Shown in pieces: positions 60,967 through 64,000 of a stretch of DNA of 64,000 nucleotides (position 1 is the first letter of the stretch; each line of letters starts with the position of its first letter). The stretch covers positions 55,862,001 to 55,926,000 of the forward strand of contig NC_058370.1 in the NCBI RefSeq assembly GCF_018350175.1, read 5' to 3'. The translations under genes and the position numbers were made by a program. Under the pieces are notes generated by a model. It was not told where the DNA came from. It saw only the letters and a program-made list of their open reading frames with translations, and searched no databases. The DNA comes from Felis catus (Eukaryota).

Positions 60967-61006
<40 letters not shown>

Positions 61007-61007
61007 A
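60771..61007 (+). mobile_element. Can-SINE with (GAAA)n tail
   Basis: SINE head at 60771; about 10 GAAA units at 60964-61007; TSD GAACCATG. Confidence 0.95.
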
Positions 61008-61745
61008 CGAACCATGGTCTTCCCCCAAGGCTTGGGAACTGTAGTAATCAGGGAAGACGGGGTCAGGTTTACTTAGCTTGTGGAAGGCCACAGGATGGAC
61101 GGGCATAGGTGCGCGTGGCTGGGTGCCTGGTCAACAGGCCGGGCTTCAGAATACCTACACTGGGTGCTGGGGGTAGGTGGGCAGCACGGGCAAAACGCAA
61201 AAGGGAAATGCATACCCGTGTTACCGATCTCCAGGGAAGCTGGACGTAACTCTAATTTGTGCTGAGAATCACCAGGGAAAGTCAAAGGATCGGACGTTTC
61301 ATTACGCAAAGCTGGAAAGGGAAAACAGGTCATCATCTCTGTGAACACTTTTGCCCAAACGAGCCTCTTTGTTGGGGATTCCGCAAAAGTCTATGTTCCT
61401 CACAAACTGTTCCTTGATGATACAAAAAAATCTGCTCTGCTCTCTAACTCTCTCTGCCAAGAGAGTAGGCTGTGGCACTTTTCAGCGGAGGCTATAGCTT
61501 CAGGCTATTCGGGACAAGACGGAAACCAGCTTAGGTTGGGGTCTCTAGGAGCGGACAGGGAATGAGGAGTCATACAAGGAAGGGCTCCCGGGAGAAACTG
61601 TAAGGGAACAGGGAAGCGGGACAGGGGAGGGCAGGGGAGGAAGCCAGGCAGGGGAGCCATTTTAGGCAGTAGTGTCCTCAAGCTGAACCCAGGAGGGGCT
61701 CTGGAGTGTGAATGAAATCTGAGAGATAGCCTGATACCCCTCCTT

Positions 61746-61781
61746 GTGTGTGTGTGTGTGTGTGTGTGTCTGGGGGGGGGG
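61746..61781. repeat. (TG)n microsatellite followed by a G run
   Basis: Directly visible. Confidence 0.95.
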
Positions 61782-62506
61782 TGGCTTTCACACTTACTCT
61801 GGTCAGAAGAGAGGCTCTCTGAAGAGAGGCCCGATGTCCCTGTGCAGGTGTGAGAAGCCAGGTACCCGGGAGTGGCCTGGGGTCAGGGTGGATGAGGGGG
61901 TGGGAGCTAGACAAGAGAATGTCACTGGAGCAGAGGTGTCCCCACAGAGCTTTCACAGGCGTAGAGCCTAGTGGGTACATTTTGGAGTCAGAGTGTTTGT
62001 TTGTCTGTTTGTGTCGAATGTCTAACTTTCTTACTAGACGTAGGAACTTAAGCAAGGTACTCCTACATTTTCTCACACAGAAAGTAAGGACAATACACAC
62101 AGCCCAGTGTCCGGCCTCGTAAGTGGCTCATAGATGTGAACAAAAATGAGAATCGAATTTCTTAAGCTTCACTAGTTATCACTGACTAAGCGTTTAATCA
62201 GGAAGATGCAAACAGAGTTGGAGAAGGAAAACTACAAGTAAAATGTGTCCTGATACTTGAGGGCAAGCATATACTCGGGCTTTTTGAATTCAGATACCTC
62301 AGCTCCTTTTGATATGAATTATTCGGGGAACCCATTCAACTTTCTGCCGTCGTCCTGTTTTGCTTGGAAAATGCTAACGCTACTGACATTATGATTCTTT
62401 CATTACACAAATTATAGAACTTCACAGGGCCAAACTTTCTCATCTATAAATAAGATAGTTTGACAGAATGATCTCTGAGTTTCTTTCCTTCCTAAAGTTT
62501 AGCACG

Positions 62507-62537
<31 letters not shown>

Positions 62538-62780
62538 TGGTGCTTGCCAGTTTACAGTGAATTAATCATAGAAAAATAAATTTTCTATTCTACTGAAGGT
62601 TTCGAACGAACTCTTAACCTTTATAACTGAAAAAAAAAATACTATGTCAAACTATAAATTAAACTTCAACTGGCGATATGAAGATAGGAACATAAACTAT
62701 TTTGTTTAGGTGCTCTGTTGATGTTTTGTTATTTGGGTTTTGAAAACAGTGTAAGGCAAGAGAGGAGGGTAGAGTTATTT

Positions 62781-63025
62781 TAATTTTAATTTAATTTAAT
62801 TTATTTTATTTTATTTTTTAATGTTTATTTTGAAAGAGAGAGAGAGAGAGAAAGATAGATCGTGAGCAGGGGAGGGGCAGAGAGAGGGAGACAAAGAATC
62901 CGAAGCAGGCTCCAGGCTCCGAGCTGTCAGCACAGAGCCCAACGTGGGGCTCAAACCCACAAACCATGAGATCGTGACCTGAGCCAAAGTCAGATGCTCA
63001 ACCGACTGAGCCACCCAGGCGCCCC
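62781..63025 (-). mobile_element. Can-SINE
   Basis: TSD GTAGAGTTATTTT. Confidence 0.95.
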
Positions 63026-63300
63026 AAGGAGAGTAGAGTTATTTTTAAAAGGATTCAAACAACTCTGACGACTTCTGAAGAAAATGTGCAGCGCGGAGAA
63101 AAAGTTGTATGCCTCTTTTTAGCTGGCGTGAGTAAAACTGAAAATGAAGAAGCTCTTTACAACGGTGATTACGTTGAAGACACTTAGCGACAGCAGTCTT
63201 TCTTGAGATACAAGATGCATGGTCTTTGTAAAAGCCTACGATTCTAAGTTAGGGAAGCTCTCAGGCTAACATATCTTTATTCCCTTTAAAAGACACCTAC

Positions 63301-63523
63301 GGGGCCCCTGGGTGGCGCAGTCGGTTAAGCGTCCGACTTCAGCTCAGGTCACGATCTCGCGGTCCGTGAGTTCAAGCCCCGCGTCAGGCTCTGGGCTGAT
63401 GGCTCAGAGCCTGGAGCCTGTTTCCGATTCTGTGTCTCCCTCTCTCTCTGCCCCTCCCCCGTTCATGCTCTGTCTTTCTCTGTCCCAAAAATAAATAAAC
63501 GTTGAAAAAAAAATTAAAAAAAA
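63301..63523 (+). mobile_element. Can-SINE, young felid type
   Basis: TSD AAAAGACACCTA at 63288-63299 and 63524-63535. Confidence 0.97.
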
Positions 63524-63541
63524 AAAAGACACCTAAAAGTA

Positions 63542-63746
63542 GGGGCACCTGGGTGGCTCAGTCAGTTAAGCATCCAACTCTTGGGCTTCAACTCAGGTCA
63601 TAATCTCACAGCTCATGAGATTGAGCCCCACATCAGGCTCTGGGCTGACAGCGTGGAACCTGCTTGGGATTCTCTCTCTCTTTTCCCGCTGTCTCTGATC
63701 CTTCCCTGAGAACACACTCTCTCTCAAAATAAATAAATAAACTTAA
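63542..63746 (+). mobile_element. Can-SINE (older)
   Basis: TSD AAAAG(A/C)CACCTAAAAG at 63524-63539 and 63747-63762. Confidence 0.94.
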
Positions 63747-64000
63747 AAAAGCCACCTAAAAGGAACCAACAAACAGGGTAATGAGATTCGATCATTGAAA
63801 TTTTTCTAGATTAATTCAAGAAAACACTTAAAATTACATATATTAAATTATAATTGTGATGATTTAAGAACATCGTTCTTGATCTTACTATGAAATGTAA
63901 TATTTTTTGTGATAGTTCATTTTACCTTTAAAAAAAAAGTTTACTCATGGAGGGATAGGAGATGCATAACAATGTCTTTGTGGATTTTGGGGCCCCTGAG

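Noticed and set aside
753-63494. Recurrent ORFs such as MAQSVKRPTSAQV..., GQRETEHERGRGRE... and GAPGWRSRLSVRLQP...
   Set aside because: These are translations of Can-SINE copies, not a gene family.
879-63746. tRNA-like A/B boxes (TGGCTCAGTCGGTT...GTTCGAGCCC)
   Set aside because: These are the tRNA-derived heads of Can-SINEs, not complete tRNA genes.
1-64000. CRISPR array, operon, phage or other prokaryotic system
   Set aside because: There is no regularly spaced repeat-spacer array and no gene-dense coding; the content is mammalian repeat and unique non-coding DNA.

Overview
This is mammalian non-coding genomic DNA from a felid, most likely the domestic-cat lineage. The call rests on 33 tRNA-derived Can-SINEs, several of the young felid type (GGGGCGCCTGGGTGGCGCAGTCGGTTAAGCGTCCGACTTCAGCCAGGTCACGATCTCG...CCCAAAAATAAATAAACGTTG) with intact target-site duplications (TSDs). 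Older repeats are also present: L1, L2, MIR, CR1/L3, MaLR LTRs and hAT MERs. I found no supportable protein-coding gene, RNA gene, CRISPR array or prokaryotic system. The supplied ORFs are explained by SINE or L1 translation, N-runs or chance. The window looks intergenic or deep intronic, and I cannot name the locus. Main points of interest: (1) eight N-blocks totalling 1,716 nt lie only in unique, transposon-poor DNA while all repeats are resolved, which suggests masking of conserved sequence rather than assembly gaps; (2) several candidate enhancers, including a 19/20 match to the Fgf4-type SOX-(3 bp)-OCT composite and a MEF2/E-box cluster; (3) a perfect 15-bp-stem hairpin in unique DNA; (4) a well-preserved CR1 ORF2 fossil; (5) an orphan CpG-rich patch; (6) SINE re-insertions at identical target sites and a nested inverted SINE pair. 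Repeat subfamily names and the ends of old repeats were judged by eye and are approximate. The sequence alone does not demonstrate a new biological system.
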